The notes under the pieces: generated by a model | Told to the model about the DNA's origin: nothing | What the model saw: the letters and a program-made list of their open reading frames with translations, nothing else | Databases searched by the model: none | In this document: piece by piece, positions 63,030 through 64,000 of the stretch | Numbering within the stretch: position 1 is the first letter of the stretch | Layout: each line of letters starts with the position of its first letter | NCBI RefSeq assembly: GCF_009914755.1 | Contig: NC_060928.1 | DNA from: the human T2T-CHM13v2.0 reference genome, Homo sapiens | Direction: 5' to 3' (one strand) | Length of the DNA: 64,000 bases | Program-made: the position numbers and the translations under genes

Positions 63030-63388
63030 TTCATGGTTCCAATAAAGGATGGAAATAATATGTGAATGACAGTATATATTTTTATAGACTTTTATATACA
63101 AACATACACACACACAAACACACACACTGCCTCTAGCTCTGTCCACTAAGAGGACACGGAAGCAGCAGCATCTTAACACTTGGTGTCCAGATCTTGGTTT
63201 CTAAATACTATACTCCACTAAAAGAAAGAAATGGCTGATTCAAGATCTGTGTAAGAAAAGCACAAAATAAGTTTGAAACATCTAGTTATGCTTTGTAGAA
63301 AGCAAGGAATGATAAGATATATACAAGGAATAAGGTTATGTCAAAGGACAATGAAGCCAGCTTGAAGGGGCTCCCACTGATCAAATAC
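63030..63388 (+). mobile_element. L1MC3/4-like 3' UTR fragment
   Basis: ctagctctgtccact...ccagatcttggtttctaaatac...gccagcttgaaggggctcccactg. Confidence 0.75.
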
Positions 63389-63451
63389 CATTGTACTCCA
63401 TCCTGGGTAAGAAAGTGAAACTCCGTCTCAAAAAAAAGAATTGCCATTTTT

Positions 63452-63730
63452 GGCCAGGTGCAGTGGCTCACGCCAGTAATCCCAACACTTTGGGAGGCCA
63501 AGACAGGAGGACTGCTTGAGCTCAGGAGTTCAAGATTAGCCTGTGAAACACAGCAATGCCCGTCTCTACTAAAAATACAACAAAGTGGCCAGGAATGGTT
63601 GTGTGTGCCTGTGGTCCCAGCTAGGTCCCAGCTCAAGGATCACTTGAGCCTAGAGGGCAGAGGTTGCAGTGTGCCAAGACTGCACTACTGCATTCTAGCC
63701 TGAGTGACAAAGCAAGACCCTGTCTTAAAA
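63452..63730 (+). mobile_element. AluJ-type SINE (preceded by an Alu 3' fragment at 63389-63438)
   Basis: Diverged Alu body whose tail is the TACGA repeat. Confidence 0.87.
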
Positions 63731-63793
63731 TACGATACGATACGATACGATACGATACGATACGATACGATACGATACGATACGATACGATAC
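63731..63793. repeat. (TACGA)12 pentanucleotide microsatellite
   Basis: 12 perfect units plus TAC, read directly. Confidence 0.97.
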
Positions 63794-64000
63794 TTCCCTC
63801 TGCTTCACACCACTCCCAGAACTTCCTCAAGCTCACTTCAATTGTATCTAGGAATTCTGATTCAATGTGCTCTTTTTGGTAAGGCAAATAAGGTTAATTC
63901 TGGATATAGATAAGCATAGCCAGGACCTAATCAGAAGATTTGTGGATATAACTGAATAAAAAACAGCAAGGATCTGAGGCAATTTTGAACTTTCCTGAAA

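Noticed and set aside
63011-63032. Palindrome gaattcatat-ct-atatgaattc
   Set aside because: Short, AT-rich stem plausible by chance in 64 kb.
63633-63913. ORFs with IRYDT/IVSYR repeats and a CRISPR-like periodic look
   Set aside because: Simple (TACGA)n microsatellite with no spacers or cas genes, in eukaryotic DNA.

Overview
Primate (almost certainly human) genomic DNA, AT-rich and dense in Alu, L1, L2 and LTR elements. The whole window lies inside LRBA (BEACH-domain family), transcribed on the minus strand. Four small coding exons splice in frame with canonical AG/GT boundaries: 62199-62277, 60150-60283, 51975-52036 and 15709-15773. Joined, they read (G)[112 protein letters not shown](R). 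The rest is intron. It contains more than 30 Alus or Alu fragments, a ~6 kb decayed ERV-L provirus with two nested LTRs, a cluster of three ERV1 LTRs (one with three perfect octamers), a piggyBac (Looper-like) transposase fossil, a MER1A, a ~525 bp (GGAAA)n tract and a pure (TACGA)12 repeat. Almost all listed ORFs are repeat-derived or chance ORFs. I found no new multi-gene system. The best leads are two non-TE short paired duplications (one bracketing a coding exon), the octamer-rich LTR, the CpG pentamer repeat, two near-perfect hairpins and the piggyBac relic. Repeat family names are recognised from memory, not from RepeatMasker, and TE boundaries are approximate unless a TSD is given.
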